Of a DNA stretch of 64,000 nt, positions 51,901 to 63,059 are shown piece by piece. Position 1 is the stretch's first letter; every line of letters begins with the position of its first letter. The stretch comes from Ruditapes philippinarum. Lineage: Eukaryota. The stretch spans positions 248,001 to 312,000 of the forward strand of contig NW_026866456.1 in assembly GCF_026571515.1 (NCBI RefSeq), given 5' to 3'. The notes below the pieces were generated by a model, which ran no database searches, was not told where the DNA came from, and worked only from the letters and a program-made list of their open reading frames with translations. The position numbers and the translations under genes were made by a program.

Positions 51901-54281
51901 TTTCACTTGCCATGATTATAGCTTAAGCACATTAATATGATTTAATATAGATTACAGGGAGGAAGGGGAAAAAACATGTTATTTTTCTAGATCATGATTT
52001 TAGTCATTAGGAAAAATGTACAAGTCACGTCCCAGTGGGTCAAATAAATGACTGTGTATAACAGAGTAAAAGAGCTTGAAGGATCTATACATACTATTTT
52101 GAATTCTTTTCATCACTTGAAATGAAAAAAAAATAAGCAAACAATAATGGAGTGGTATTCTCAAATTATTTTAAAATCAATTTTTGGTGCGATTCTTAGC
52201 CTTATTTAATTTTCGGTGCTATTCTTTGCCGGTATAGAGATAAAAGCACTTTTCGGTCATTTTGCAAAATGAAAATTATTATTCTTAAAAACCATCTTGA
52301 GAAAATGATCTGAAATTTTATAACAGAGTTATTTGTCAATGCCTTCATCAAATGAAAGACAATGCTTGAAACAAAATATTTCCATTCCCTTCATGTCAAG
52401 TAACCTCAGTGGAATCCTTTTAAATGGTCAAATACGAGCTTGAAAAGGGTGCTTCGATAGTAAGACTGTTGGCCTATGGTTACATGAAGTGAAAACTCTG
52501 TATTGATTTTAAAAGGTCTCCCAGATTATTTTATGATATTGTATTAATATGTATTTAATTATCCTTATTTAAATGCTTAAAGGTGCATTTATGATTTAAA
52601 TTAACTACAGGCAATGAAATAATGTTCTTAAATAATAGTTAGCTGACAAATTCCATATTTTCATCTTGATATAACCCAAAATTCTTAATGGATCATTCCC
52701 AGAGTTGAAAGGTGGACAAGTTCATTTAAGAATTTCAGAAGGATTGTAGAATAAGCTGAGACATATTGTACAGTGCCTGCTAGAAATTTTATGACAGTAA
52801 TGCCAGTCAAGTAGTCAACATAATTATTGATAATGTCAATTGATTGCCTGACAGGGAATGGGGTGAAAGTCCTGATAATGTGTGTGTACTTTAAGATAGT
52901 ATTGTAGAAAATTGTCAGAAATCATTTGTAAGTAGTTAGATAAGTTGATGACTGATTAGCTGGTTAGTCATTGTAAGTTTATAGTGATAACTTACCTCGA
53001 GGTCAAAGGTCATGTTATTGATGTTTTATGATGAATTATGATGATATCATAATTATAGGAACTTTTTTTTTAAGACTTTAAACTGTCAAAGGAACTTTTT
53101 AACAATAGCCTATTATTATAGGTAAAATACAATACATCACATTATGTTATAGAATACATGTATAATAATTGTTTTTTACATCAATATTTAAAATATTTTT
53201 CAAAAAAAGAAAAAAAAAACCCCAAGGAAACTTTAGTGTGTAAATTTGTACAAAGAAAAATTAGCATGTTCTTAAGCTTTAAAATCAACTGTCTCCCACC
53301 CCCATCCCCCCAATCCCCTACCCCCACAAATAATAAATGCATTGATAAAAAAATGATACTGTGATTTGGTTATGATTTATAGAATACTTTATAGTGACCA
53401 AAATTTTTATAAAGTTAATCAGCAGTTTTTGCTTATTCATTTGGTATCAACAATTTATTTTGTTTACTTTATAAATAATTTTTATTCTGCTTAAGAGATT
53501 GGGTTTATTCTAAATAAAAAAGCGTGGGATTTTTTGAGCAGGACATTATTTTGCAGAATTACGGTTATCAGTTAAAACCCATGTAAAATTTTGCCATTAT
53601 CCATTAGTTGCGAGTCTAAATTGCACCTAGCGCAAGTACATTTTACCTTTTGTTTGACTACGCGCTTCAATTTCATCATGAATTTTTTTTCTCTGGATAC
53701 AAAGGCATTTAGATAGTGTTTAACAAAAAAAATGTCACATTAAACCCTGACAGATAATTTGATAGTCTCTTGTGTTGATAAAGTATGGCGGCCCTACTAG
53801 AAAGAAAAGCCAATAAAATACATGGCCACTCTTTATCCTAACAGACAAGTATTTGATTTTCTATTTACATAACTATTTGGTGTGGAATTCGCTCTGAAGA
53901 ACTAGTAAAGTGCTCGAATGTGTGTTTGTGCGTAATCTGTCAAAATATGTTCGGAATACGGTGAAATTATAAGATGATCTTTGTTGGCATTTAAATAACC
54001 TGATATTCCATGTATTGTGAAAAACCTATTTATGACGACTCATTCCCTACGTGGAAAATGAACTTGTCCGGTTTCTGTCAGACGCACATATTGAATCATT
54101 GGATTATTCCATTTGACTGATTAGTGTAAGTGAGGAAAATGTTATGGTTAACAGATTTCAAGGATAATAACGTGAAGAATGTGAAAAAAATTACTCAGGA
54201 TGTTTTATCATTGTTTCAGGTGCCACCCCTCAGCACGGAGACCGCCGTGCAGAAGACTACGGAAGAGACCGAAAGTCACGG
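12894..54281 (+). CDS. AFF4/lilli: AF4/FMR2-family (AFF/lilliputian) transcription elongation scaffold; 5' partial, spliced: 12894-12910, 17375-17531, 25175-25951, 30452-30472, 36546-36614, 37486-37537, 48720-48948, 51195-51270, 54220-54281
   Basis: All introns are GT-AG with compatible phases (2,0,0,0,0,1,2,0, then open at phase 2), 1460 nt in total. The joined protein resembles AFF4 as I recall it: EDFKNMAKQREKAKR vs EDRNVLRMKERERR; SFPAPVKVAGEDTSIGRIMG vs LFAEPYKV..EDKLSSRIQSMLG; PKLHIP.NVEEMLKEFQVPQPLTGIQTPFKESQFPF vs [36 protein letters not shown]; then a Ser/acidic tract. Confidence 0.88.
13340..13548 (-). mobile_element. tRNA-derived SINE family B
   Basis: Reverse strand shows A box (gtggtcgagggg), B box (gggttcaatccc), and ggcgtaaaa plus (caaa)n tail. 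Confidence 0.75.
16250..16715. repeat. About 30-bp minisatellite
   Basis: Unit ccatgtttgttctaaaaatgacccttgtta; explains ORF 16370. Confidence 0.9.
16859..17338. mobile_element. 480-bp MITE, CAG-type TIR, 6-bp TSD
   Basis: TIR cagacttcccgaaa / tttcgggaagtgtg; TSD ccttaa on both sides; repeated subterminal tcggac motifs. Confidence 0.88.
17375..17531 (+). CDS. AFF4/lilli: AFF exon 2 (MRLPELTKEDF...FPAPVK)
   Basis: cttttcttttacag acceptor; AAG|gtaccg donor; matches ORF 17376; AFF N-terminal charged helix. Confidence 0.88.
17700..17918. mobile_element. Fold-back MITE, degenerate
   Basis: Nested pairs tcaggatttt/aaaatcctga, aaccaatcaaatac/gtatttgattggtt, tataacc/ggttata; related fragment at about 43810-44005. 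Confidence 0.7.
18115..19703. mobile_element. 1.59-kb non-autonomous hAT element
   Basis: TIR tagagctgtcattgat / atcgatgacagctcta; perfect 8-bp TSD atagattg; subterminal ATCGAT clusters; no transposase ORF. Confidence 0.93.
22833..25050 (+). mobile_element. Helentron-type HINE with about 161-bp satellite units, interrupted by a nested element
   Basis: 5' ggggcatatag plus (tccg/tcat) microsatellite; units at 22906, 23067, 23227, 23388, 23553; 3' gggggcat...ctagtt end. Confidence 0.85.
23738..24726. mobile_element. About 990-bp Kolobok-like non-autonomous element nested in the HINE
   Basis: TTAA|aggggcaac...gttgggcct|TTAA; removing it restores a satellite unit (aggaataagcagtttaagtttgaatttggtc). 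Confidence 0.8.
25175..25951 (+). CDS. AFF4/lilli: AFF exon 3 (259 codons, VAGEDT...RPKLHIPE)
   Basis: ttttttcag acceptor; GAA|gtaagt donor; longest ORF in the window (271 aa); S/N/K-rich, probably disordered. Confidence 0.93.
26340..26532 (-). mobile_element. tRNA-derived SINE (head region clear)
   Basis: Reverse strand: gggtgcctgtggccaagtggttaagg...gtaggttcaaatcctgcc (A and B boxes). Confidence 0.75.
30452..30472 (+). CDS. AFF4/lilli: AFF exon 4, 21-nt microexon (NVEEMLK)
   Basis: Long polypyrimidine tract ending in tttttcag; AAG|gtatgt donor; supplies the VEEILK-like motif in phase 0. Confidence 0.85.
30679..30925 (+). mobile_element. tRNA-derived SINE family A
   Basis: tggcccagtgg and ggttcgatc boxes, shared body and tail. 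Confidence 0.88.
32895..34305 (+). mobile_element. Helentron-type HINE with about 7 units of 167-bp satellite
   Basis: gctcacctg/caggtgagc subterminal IR; 5' hairpin tgtcacaaagtgaca; (gtcc)n; units at 33243, 33410, 33577, 33744, 33907, 34072; 3' hairpin agggccatcatggccct; T-rich flanks. Confidence 0.93.
36058..36283 (-). mobile_element. TTAA-flanked MITE, degenerate
   Basis: ttaacctttaaccct...ataatggacttgcca...ccagcaggggaaaggtt, like 973 and 55728. Confidence 0.6.
36546..36614 (+). CDS. AFF4/lilli: AFF exon 5 (EFQVPQPLTGIQTPFKESQFPFS)
   Basis: tttattttttcag acceptor; gttagt donor; homologous to the AFF [10 protein letters not shown]..FPF motif. Confidence 0.9.
36822..37060 (+). mobile_element. 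tRNA-derived SINE family A
   Basis: Shared body plus (aaac)n tail. Confidence 0.88.
37486..37537 (+). CDS. AFF4/lilli: AFF exon 6 (DKIQDRKDLNINGKSSK)
   Basis: tttctttcag acceptor; AAAG|gtaatt donor; purine-rich; phase 0 to 1. Confidence 0.75.
37588..37759. mobile_element. 172-bp MITE, CAG...CTG termini, 6-bp TSD
   Basis: cagggcttca / tgaagtcctg; TSD aattac on both sides; three internal tgacttcca motifs. Confidence 0.8.
40612..40916 (+). mobile_element. Short degenerate HINE
   Basis: tttttgcttgac...gagagcttttgt start; gagcgtgctgtc...agctcttgtt end. Confidence 0.5.
41505..42072. repeat. 68-bp minisatellite, 7-8 copies
   Basis: gatctcaac at 41645, 41712, 41780, 41848, 41916, 41983, 42051. 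Confidence 0.95.
42424..42657. mobile_element. Palindromic Sola-like MITE, second copy, inverted
   Basis: Same arms as 9409; spacer is the reverse complement; flanks ATAT/AATT. Confidence 0.9.
45208..46925 (+). mobile_element. Helentron-type HINE with about 10 units of 156-bp satellite
   Basis: atgctccccga/tcggggagcat IR; (gtcc)n; units at 45312, 45469, 45625, 45781, 45937, 46093, 46249, 46406, 46562, 46719; 3' hairpin ccggttcaaccgg then ttcttgtt. Confidence 0.94.
47670..48535. repeat. Compound repeat: constant aacaaggtttgtgttggtagt plus variable (GAT)n
   Basis: Direct reading; explains the His/Ser/Ile-rich ORFs. Confidence 0.95.
48720..48948 (+). CDS. AFF4/lilli: AFF Ser/acidic exon (DLRKSLSEM...SSSSSDSSSSEGEDDD...HPAN)
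   Basis: ttctttttcag acceptor; AG|gtaaat donor; phase 1 to 2; matches ORF 48734. Confidence 0.85.
49809..49945. repeat. 68-bp tandem duplication (2 copies)
   Basis: gatttgttttaattatcatg...cagact at 49809 and 49877. Confidence 0.9.
50205..50800 (+). mobile_element. SINE family A copy split by an internal (tggattcttt/caaactt) tandem expansion at 50265-50668
   Basis: B-box head gggtttgaatctcgc lies before the array; body atgaggaa..actcaggtgccc..gcctgaaataatgca follows it. Confidence 0.8.
51195..51270 (+). CDS. AFF4/lilli: AFF exon (SSEAAKPTVTSSQSSSEKRRPNIAEK)
   Basis: tttttacag acceptor (tandem NAGNAG); AAG|gtgagc donor; phase 2 to 0. Confidence 0.82.
54220..54281 (+). CDS. AFF4/lilli: AFF exon (VPPLSTETAVQKTTEETESHG)
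   Basis: ttgtttcag acceptor; GG|gtacgt donor; GC-rich island in AT-rich DNA; phase 0 to 2. Confidence 0.72.
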
Positions 54282-54944
54282 GTACGTTTTCCTTTTATCA
54301 ATATCTGTGTTTACGTATTTATGTATCGTGTAGTTTAAGGTATACAAGTTTTGATCTGTGACCTTAAATCTTGCCACTATATCACAGTTATTTAAGGTTC
54401 AAAGGTCATGTTTTGGTGATAAATTATCTCAATTTAAAGAAGGCTATTAAAAATAAAAGGTGAAATGTATAAGCTGCCAGGCAGGGGTTAAGATTGCTAT
54501 GTTTATTACATGTCTACCATGACTGTTCCATTTAATATATTCCCCCAGCACATGAATAATTGCATGTTTTCAACTGGTAGATAAGAAACATGCCCATGTC
54601 ATGTATGACATTATAAGATTGAATGCTGAAAAGATAGTTTTAACTGAGAGGGAGAAAAACATTACATTTCCTGTAATTCAAGTTTTATACTCTATAATGG
54701 CCTAAAGATATGTTGCCTTTGATTAAAAAGGTTACTAATAAAGGGAATCAATAATTCTGTTCTATATTCGAAGTACTCATGATCATTGTGAGGTTGCCAT
54801 GGCAAAAGAATTTAACAATAAGACAAAATAACAACTATCCCCTCAATTATTATGAAAGATATTCACTTGTTGAAATTTTGCTTGAAATAACACCTTTGTT
54901 TATTAGTCACCTCTTGTATAAACGGGTTCAGTTGTTGAATGACA

Positions 54945-55300
54945 TTATCATAACCATTGTCATCTATTAGTCAACATTATCACCATGGTTATCCATTAGT
55001 CATCATCATTATCACCATGGTCATCCATTAATCATCATCATCTATGATATTTTTCATTCATCATCACAACCATCATCTTTATGACTATTCACCTTGTCGA
55101 AAAATTTTCTTTAATCATCATCACCTTTATCATCACAATCATTATCATCATCAACCATCACCTTTATCATCATCATCATTATCATCATCATCTTCACCTT
55201 TATCATCACTATCATCATCCTTTATGTTTCATCATCATCATCATCACCTTCATCATCATAAGCATTATCATCTTCATCATCATTTATATCATCATCATTT
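54945..55300. repeat. Degenerate (CAT)n region
   Basis: Direct reading. Confidence 0.9.
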
Positions 55301-55727
55301 CTGTTGCATTTGATATTCATCACATAATATTTTGTTATTCCCTATGTTCTCGGTGAACTATTCTAGTAACTGTTTTACGTCCTAACATAACCTTTTTCAT
55401 CATATCTTGTTACTACAATTGTATTTAGTCCATACGTCTTGGGAGTGACATTTTTTCGTCCAGACAGTTGAATGGATCAAAGGAGAATAATATTTACATA
55501 CTATAAAATTATCTTTAATACCCATCAGTCCTTTAATGATTCTATGACAGGGCCAAAATATTGTAGTACTAGTTCATACTTAATAAGATAGATAAGTGTC
55601 TGAATTTAGTAAAGCAGTTCAATTTAATGTTTACAGAGGTGATAATTTTGATTTTGTGTTAATAATATGTCTTCTTTATCGTTTGCAAAGATATGAATTA
55701 TTCAAAACTTTGGTCATTAGTAGCTTG

Positions 55728-56095
55728 AACCATAACCCTGCTAACCATAACCCAGCTAAATATCTGGAATGGATTAGTCCATCTTTCAATATGGACAAAA
55801 CCATTCATCATTTATGGGGGAAATTTCAAAATAATTATACTTCTGAATATGGTTTGCACTGATCGCTTGGTTCACACTGGTCACATGGTAGGCAACTTGT
55901 CACATGGTCTGCTCTTATTGTATGGTCTGCACTGGTCACATGGTCTGCACAGGTCACATAGTAGGCAACTTGTCACATGGTCTCTGCACTGGTCACATGG
56001 TCTCTGCACTGGTCACATGGTCTCTGTACTTGTCACATGGTCTGATCTGGTCACATGGGTAGTATCAGTTGCTGCCAGCAGGCTTAAGGTAAATT
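55728..56095 (-). mobile_element. TTAA-type MITE with internal tandem expansion of ctgcactggtcacatggt
   Basis: Both ends align to 973-1186; the single motif ggtctgcactggtcaca there is amplified about 9-fold at 55850-56060. Confidence 0.75.
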
Positions 56096-57827
56096 AATAA
56101 CAGGTCATCAGTAGAAATAGGTCTACTTGCACAAGAACGTCATCTTCCCTTAGAATTTAGTTCCAAATTCAAACCAGGACTATTCCATTTTGCAAATTCA
56201 GCAGCAAATAGGTAAATTGAAGTTTGTTCATATGACTTTTAAAGGCTATTTAGATTTTAGAGTATTTTGTTTAAGATATTTTTTCTCTATAAATTGTAGA
56301 CTATAAAAGATAAATACCAGATAAATGTAATCATGTTTCTCAGTAGTCCATTCTAATAGTGCCCTGATTTTAACACTGTTAACAAATAATAATAAAAGCA
56401 TTTGGGGGGCATAATGGGCCTTTAAGAATGTAGAAAACCTGGGTAATTACTTGTATTGATCTAAACAAAAGATGTTGCCTGGTAAATGTTTGGTTATACT
56501 AGGACATGTATTCATTATGAAGTTGTAGATTTTATTATATGACTTTGAAACAGCTTGATACGATATTTTAGGTGATATGATATTTTAGGCGATGAGAATT
56601 TATAAAATTGTGTACCTTGTACTTTTTTGTGGAAAGTAGTTATGGTGCAGTTAATAGTTGTGTCCTATTGATAGAAAGCTCATGAATTACCAGTACTTGT
56701 GTATTTTCTCTGCAAGCATGGTTAGTGGGGATGAAACAGTTGTGTATGTTTTTATCAGAACAGAACAGAAGTTTGTTTATCCTTACATTAAAGTTTACGT
56801 AGAGTTTGATTGCGCATAGAGTTACGACTTGAACTTTCTGTTATTTGTGGAACGCAGGGTACCAACACCCTGTTGCTATGCAGCTTTGGGGCACAGAATG
56901 TTGTTATTTTATGATATTCAAAAAGCAGGGAACCAGCAGTATGTTACATAAAGGTTTGTGAAGTCTTGAGTGTCTGTTTTCATCCTGCGGACAACACACA
57001 CTTTAAAGATCTCTTTATTTTCAACTTTAGATTAAATGGTAAAGGCACATCTCTTTAATTGATGATTATGTTTGTAATGAAAGAATAGTATGGCACCTGT
57101 CGTGAATGCTTCCAGTGATATCTTGTTATGTCTAATTAGAAAGTATAGGTAAATTTGATGTGTAATTTAGAATCCCATGTCACTAGGTACAAAATTTAAA
57201 GAATGCTGCTGTTATTACGCATGTCTTACTCAATACAGAAATGCTGCTCGCATACCCTTGAAACGTGCCACTTCTCCGAAATGAATGATTGCAATGTTTA
57301 TTGAATTTTAGCATAATTTTTTTTTTAAGGTAAATAAATTTGCTTATAATTGTTGAAAATGAACTTTACAACTACTTGACAGTACTTGATAAAAGGCTGT
57401 AGGTAATTTAATTTTCTGAACGTTAATGAAGTTTGTTCTGAAAGGACGTGGGTTATCTCAGTGCTTGTACAAATTCGTAAAAATGCAGGCGGAAAATATT
57501 TTGATTTGAAGCATTTTGATTAATCTGTCATGAACAAATTTTTATATTCTTACAGAACGAAAAAAAATATGTTAGATTGGTTATCATTATATCAGAGAAT
57601 ATGTTGGTTATCTGCTAACTGCATTTTGACAGATTTGAAAAAGAAAAATTGAAATTTTAATATTTTTTTCCCCCATGAAATATTCTCCTTATCTCATCTA
57701 TAATGCAGCAAAAAAAAAAAAGAGGGGAAATTTGATAGTCCTAAGTATGAAATTTTGCAGCTTCAAGTTTTAAAAATTGACTAGATGCCCCTTTATAATA
57801 CCTGTCTGATATTGGACATTATCATAG

Positions 57828-58202
57828 GGCCATCCTTAAAAAAATGTTTGTTTGCAGTAATGCGACCGACTCACAAAATTTGTCCCTACTCAAAATTTTT
57901 TTTCATGGTCTGGATAAAAAATTATTTTTTTTTTGAATCAGAAAATTATGCCTTGTGCTTTGTTTTCGTTCTTTAAAAGGTTAATAGAAGAAATAAAATG
58001 TAGGTCTTATTAAATTAGAATTCAGTTATCAATTTATTAATTGTTACCAGATTATCAAAGCATATATTGTCCAGCATTTTGAAATTCCATGTTTATTAAT
58101 TTTGGGAGTACAGTTCAATAAAAAAAAAAAAATCGACCTACCTACCCACCTTGAAAATTCTGGGTCGGGTTACTGCAAACAAACATTTTTTTAAGGATGG
58201 CC
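57828..58202. mobile_element. 375-bp MITE with 33-bp TIR and 3-bp TSD (Zator/Harbinger-like)
   Basis: ggccatccttaaaaaaatgtttgtttgcagtaa and its reverse complement; TAG on both flanks. Confidence 0.9.
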
Positions 58203-60303
58203 TAGCTCACTGTTTCCCCAGACAGGTGGTCACTGGAACTCAAATGCAAAGGTGATCTAGAAAGGGAATGATTGATGTTTGCTTTAAATATTTTGTTTTT
58301 ATGGTTGTGGTCTGTAACAGTGTTTTGGATTATCTCATTATGACATTAAAAAGGCAGAATTTGATCATTTTCAGCTGTTACTTTTTTAGCTACTCCTTTT
58401 TACTCCCCCATAAAAGTTTTTTTTTATTTTTTTGCAAATGCTTCATAGTTGTTGCAGTGTGTTGAAATTTAGAAAAATATTCATTCAGCTAAATTTGTTA
58501 TATTTAGTAACATTTGTTAACAAAGTTTTTACATTTAAGGTTTTTTTGTTTGATTGTAATCTTCTATCATATGTAATTATAACTTTCGTATATAGTCAAC
58601 TTTTGTTTTCTTTTAAGGTAATATTAATTAAAGGTCCCATGACTCAAAACAAGTGTGATTCAATGTAAATTCTTCTTAAATTATTCATGAGCCATGTCTC
58701 ATTCATGTTTATTGGTGTTTAGTGCAGTAAATATGAGAGCTTCATTGGTAAATTTGTTGTGAAAGTAATGTTGCCTGTTATGAAAGGTAGTCCTTTACAA
58801 AAGGTGGTTTTTATTCAGAAAATTTACAAAATACGGTTAGTTTTATCGGTTCGTTTTAGGGCTTCTATTGAAAATTTTGCAGAAAATTCTCAAGAAAAAT
58901 TGGTAATAATTGTTTTTCCTTGAAAATGTTATAAGTGGTTAAGAGTATAGGTGAATTGATTGATTAGTCCGTACATAAATGTCAATGTTTTCAAAGTTTA
59001 TTGTTCTATACATGTAGTAGAAATCGTGGTATAAATCATTATACAGAACACATAAAATAAAGACTTAATTCCCCTCAGGGTTTATGATAACTTTTCAGTA
59101 AAAACTTGTACTGAATAAGCAAGATATACATCAAATGAAACATTTACATAAACAAATAGAATTTAGCCAAGACGCATTTTTTTTGCCATTTTTGTGCAGT
59201 TGACGTTTCAATCAATACGACACGGCTACGGTGTTATTTTAAGGGTGAGAAGATTAAAGGGTTTAAGATGAGTAATGCTTAAGTCATTTGTCTACCTTTG
59301 AAGACATTGTTATCTATTCATTGAAATGTATTAGCATCGAATGTAAAAAAGAAGAAAAAATGTATTAAAAGATCGAAAAAAATAAAATAATTTTTATGAA
59401 GTTGGCGTTGTAAGAATTATCAGTGGTGCTGTATATAAACATGCCTGCATGGAAAAAAAAAATTGCGAAAAAAATTAATTGGCATTAATATGACTTGCTA
59501 CAATTATTATATGTATTATCATAAGTATATCATAGAATAGGATTTTCAAACTAGAATTTGAATTTTAACGTCTAATTAAATTAAAAATTTAATTTAATTA
59601 AAAAAAAAAAAACAATAACAAAAAAATCAAGTTGCCCCTTTGATATTGATTATAACGTTTGCAAATCAATTAAGAATCATTCATCTATCAGTGTGCTCAT
59701 AATTGGTTTATCATTTCGATATAATTTGCATGATGAGTAATTTATGCTTTCTAGTTATCAGATTTCATCGTTGTCAGTTTGTCGCAGGCACTGATTAAAA
59801 GCTACATTAGGAAAATCGTTATTAAATGAACTAATTTCCCATAATACTGGTCGACGTTGGCGAATCTGCTAGGCATTTCAGATTTCTGAAATGGGGAAAA
59901 AAAAAGAATGTAAAAGGATAAAAATCAATTTGTCGTTATTACTAAATAATAGTTGTGCAGTTGATTGGAAATGTTTCGCGTGAAATGATTTTGTCCATTA
60001 ATGGTGATTGATAAGGAGTCATGTGAAGAAGTTGTTTAAATAGTTACCTGTGGGGAAAACAGATTGGCACTGGTGCAGAGTCCATTTGAGTGTACATTTA
60101 AGTAATTATATTGAGTAAACAAAATTTATTTTGAATATAAATTACTGGATATGATGGACGTTGCAATTTTGTGTAAACGGGGACATCGAGTTGTAAAAGA
60201 ATTAAAGTTTGATTTATTATTTCTTACATGTGAAAGTTGCCATTGCTAATGGGAATACTGTTTTGTCTTAAAGATACTTTACCCTTTGTTCACTGAAAAA
60301 TAC

Positions 60304-60500
60304 TTAAACCTTAAACTGCTGGCGGGTATGGAGTCTAATCTACCCCCTGCGACAAGTACAGACCCAGATCATCCCACACATCCATGCCATCTGATCATGA
60401 TCTACATATTTTGAAATTTTCCCTTAAAATGATGAATGGTTTTGTCTTGATCGAAAGATAGATAAGTCTGTTTAGGATTTTTGGATATTTACTATGGTAA
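60304..60500 (+). mobile_element. TTAA-type MITE, degenerate
   Basis: ttaaaccttaaactgctggcgg...cagatcatcccacacatccatgccatctgatc core. Confidence 0.55.
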
Positions 60501-61128
60501 TGGTGAAGTATAAGATATTGGGAACTAACTTTTTGAGTGTAACTATGTAATATCTGGTATGACAAGACAATTAAGATGGTAAACAACTAAACAGGCCCTA
60601 TTGATGTAAGAAAACATTCCCATCTCAACTTCAGTGACTCAGCTAAAATTGTTGACAAACATTCATGTAATTATAAGGAGAGCATTAGGCTTAAATGGGA
60701 TTTTTTTTTTTTTGATTTTTCACTACAGCTTGTGACAGTCATAGGGTCATAGCTGCTCAGTTTAAATCATTAGTCAGGCAGTCAAAACACATTTGTACAA
60801 CTCCCTGTGGTATTTTAACAGAAGAAATGCTTGAAATAGGATCTGACATATTACATTGTAAAAAATGTGAATCATTATCATGGGGCCTTTATGTGATGAT
60901 TGAAATGAAATTCATTTCCATATCAGAATACAAAAAAAACAACAACAAAAAACACAAAGCCATGAAAAAAACACCTAAAATACAAAAAAAAAATCTTGCT
61001 CAATATTATAAATAACTTGCTTAAATGATATTTATATTGATAAGTAGACAGATTGGTAACAGATTTGGAGAAAATAGAATTAGCTCAGGTAATAAGTGGA
61101 GAAGCCATGACTTTGTAACAGATCTGTT

Positions 61129-61230
61129 GTAGAACCACCAATGTTACGCAAGCTAGCTGGATAGCTTTCTCCAAAACCCTTGAAAAGCTTGCACCTACAA
61201 GTCAATAACCACTTGGCCAGGGATACCCCC
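61129..61230 (-). mobile_element. SINE family A fragment
   Basis: gtagaaccacc..aagctagctggatagctt is the reverse complement of the body; aaccacttggcca is the A box. Confidence 0.7.
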
Positions 61231-63059
61231 TTCAAATGTCCACTGGACTCTCAAATATATATTCCAGAAGCCCAGTAGTTAAAATGAGAACAATTAATCA
61301 ATGTATTGTGTCCACAAATCATTAACAAAAAAACCATTCTTAATACTTTTCTCCCAGACACAACAATCCTATAATGTGTTTTTGATCTATGGGAAACATA
61401 TCCTGGCAATAAATCTTGGAACATCTGAGTCACTTCCAACGTCTTTTTTTGCAGATCTCTCTGTAGCCATATAGGAATTGAGTTCTTAAAAAGTAGCCCG
61501 TTTTAGCGAAATCCTCAAATCCTCGATTATCCTCGATTATTTTCGATTATTTTATCGTTTATATATAATTACTTTGTATTGTTTTGTTGTTGATTATAAT
61601 ACAGTTAAAATGCTGTATGATTAAAGGGTGAAAAACAATGAAAATTTAAATTAAGTTTGCGAACCAGTCACAAAGTCTGACAATTTGGCGATGGCTTTAT
61701 TGAGTGATAGAATTAGTATGTACATAAGCATAATTATTCTCTAGACTGTAATTTTTCAAATTTGGGCCAGTTTAAAAGAATGTCTGGGTTAGTTTTGTAT
61801 GCCTAATATTAAGAATATGGTAGTGTCAAATCTAAATGATTGCTGTTGTCTGTTTTTCCTTTGGGTCACTTTAATGTGTCTTTGGTATCATTTTACATTT
61901 TCTCATGTCCAATACAGTTGAATATGTGTTGAAGACCCCTTCAAAGTACGAGCCCATGATAAATTATTAATAACTAGTTACTTGATTTAAACCATTAAGC
62001 ATTAGGTGCTTTAGTACTTGTTTTGACAGTTCAGACTAGAGCATCACAAAACTTAGGTAGACAGTGGTCTTTTTCATCAGGGTTTTAGTGTAGTATAAAA
62101 TTGTATTATTTAGGAAGGATAATTTAATCAGACATTACTTAGTTGAAACACATAATTTTTACTGTCTCATGCTTTGAGGGAAGGATTTTGTTTGTGTTTT
62201 GTTCAAACAGACTCTTAAGTTATTTCAAGGTGCTTTATTTACAAGAAGCCAGTAAGCACAGTGGCCTGGCTATAATTTTAGTAGAAACTTTCTATTTCTT
62301 TTTATATTTTATTATTTCGAGTTCTTTTTTTATTGCCCTGAGAATTGCCTGTAAGAAAATAATTTTTTCTCCCCTGGTCTTTGCATTGTGCCACTAATTG
62401 GAGAGCTAATGTATTAATTATTTATCATTTAAGTGGAGATTTTCTCATTTGATTACCAATATAGTTTATTGCCTAAGATGTTTGGTGGGGTGGTGGTGGT
62501 GTTGAGAGGAGGGGGGGGGACTGTAATAAAATGAATCCTGAAAATTAACAGACAGTCTTTGATGTCGTGTGCTATTATACTATAATGGCTAATGCTTGGA
62601 TTGCATGTGCTGATAAATCATCAGCAATCATCAGCCATGCTATTGATTGCTGGGAAAATGTAGCCACTGTAGGAGTTACTATATCGTCACTTATAATATT
62701 TGATAGGCATTTATACTAGAGGGGAAGAAAAAAAAAGAAGAGAATTCTCTGGTAATGTTTGTTTATGGAAACGTCATAATATAAGGAGTGGACTCTTTCC
62801 TGAAATGTCAATGTTGTAAAACACTGACACCCACTTGAAAAGAATATTGTTTTTTTTAGCTTTTTAGCTCAGAATTAATATAGAACTGTGATATTGTTTA
62901 AGTATGATGATGTTAATTTACAATAAGTGACAAACAGGGCTTTATTTAGCATTTTGTAGGAACTATATTTGAAAAAAGTCTAGACATGAAATGATTGTTG
63001 TTTATTGATGAAGGTGTCCTGTCTTAGTTTAATGGTGTAGGTTAAAATATGATGATAAC

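Noticed and set aside
56858-56938. Possible next AFF exon (open frame, phase 2 to 2, gtatgt donor)
   Set aside because: Poor polypyrimidine tract, and a Cys/hydrophobic peptide unlike the disordered AFF region
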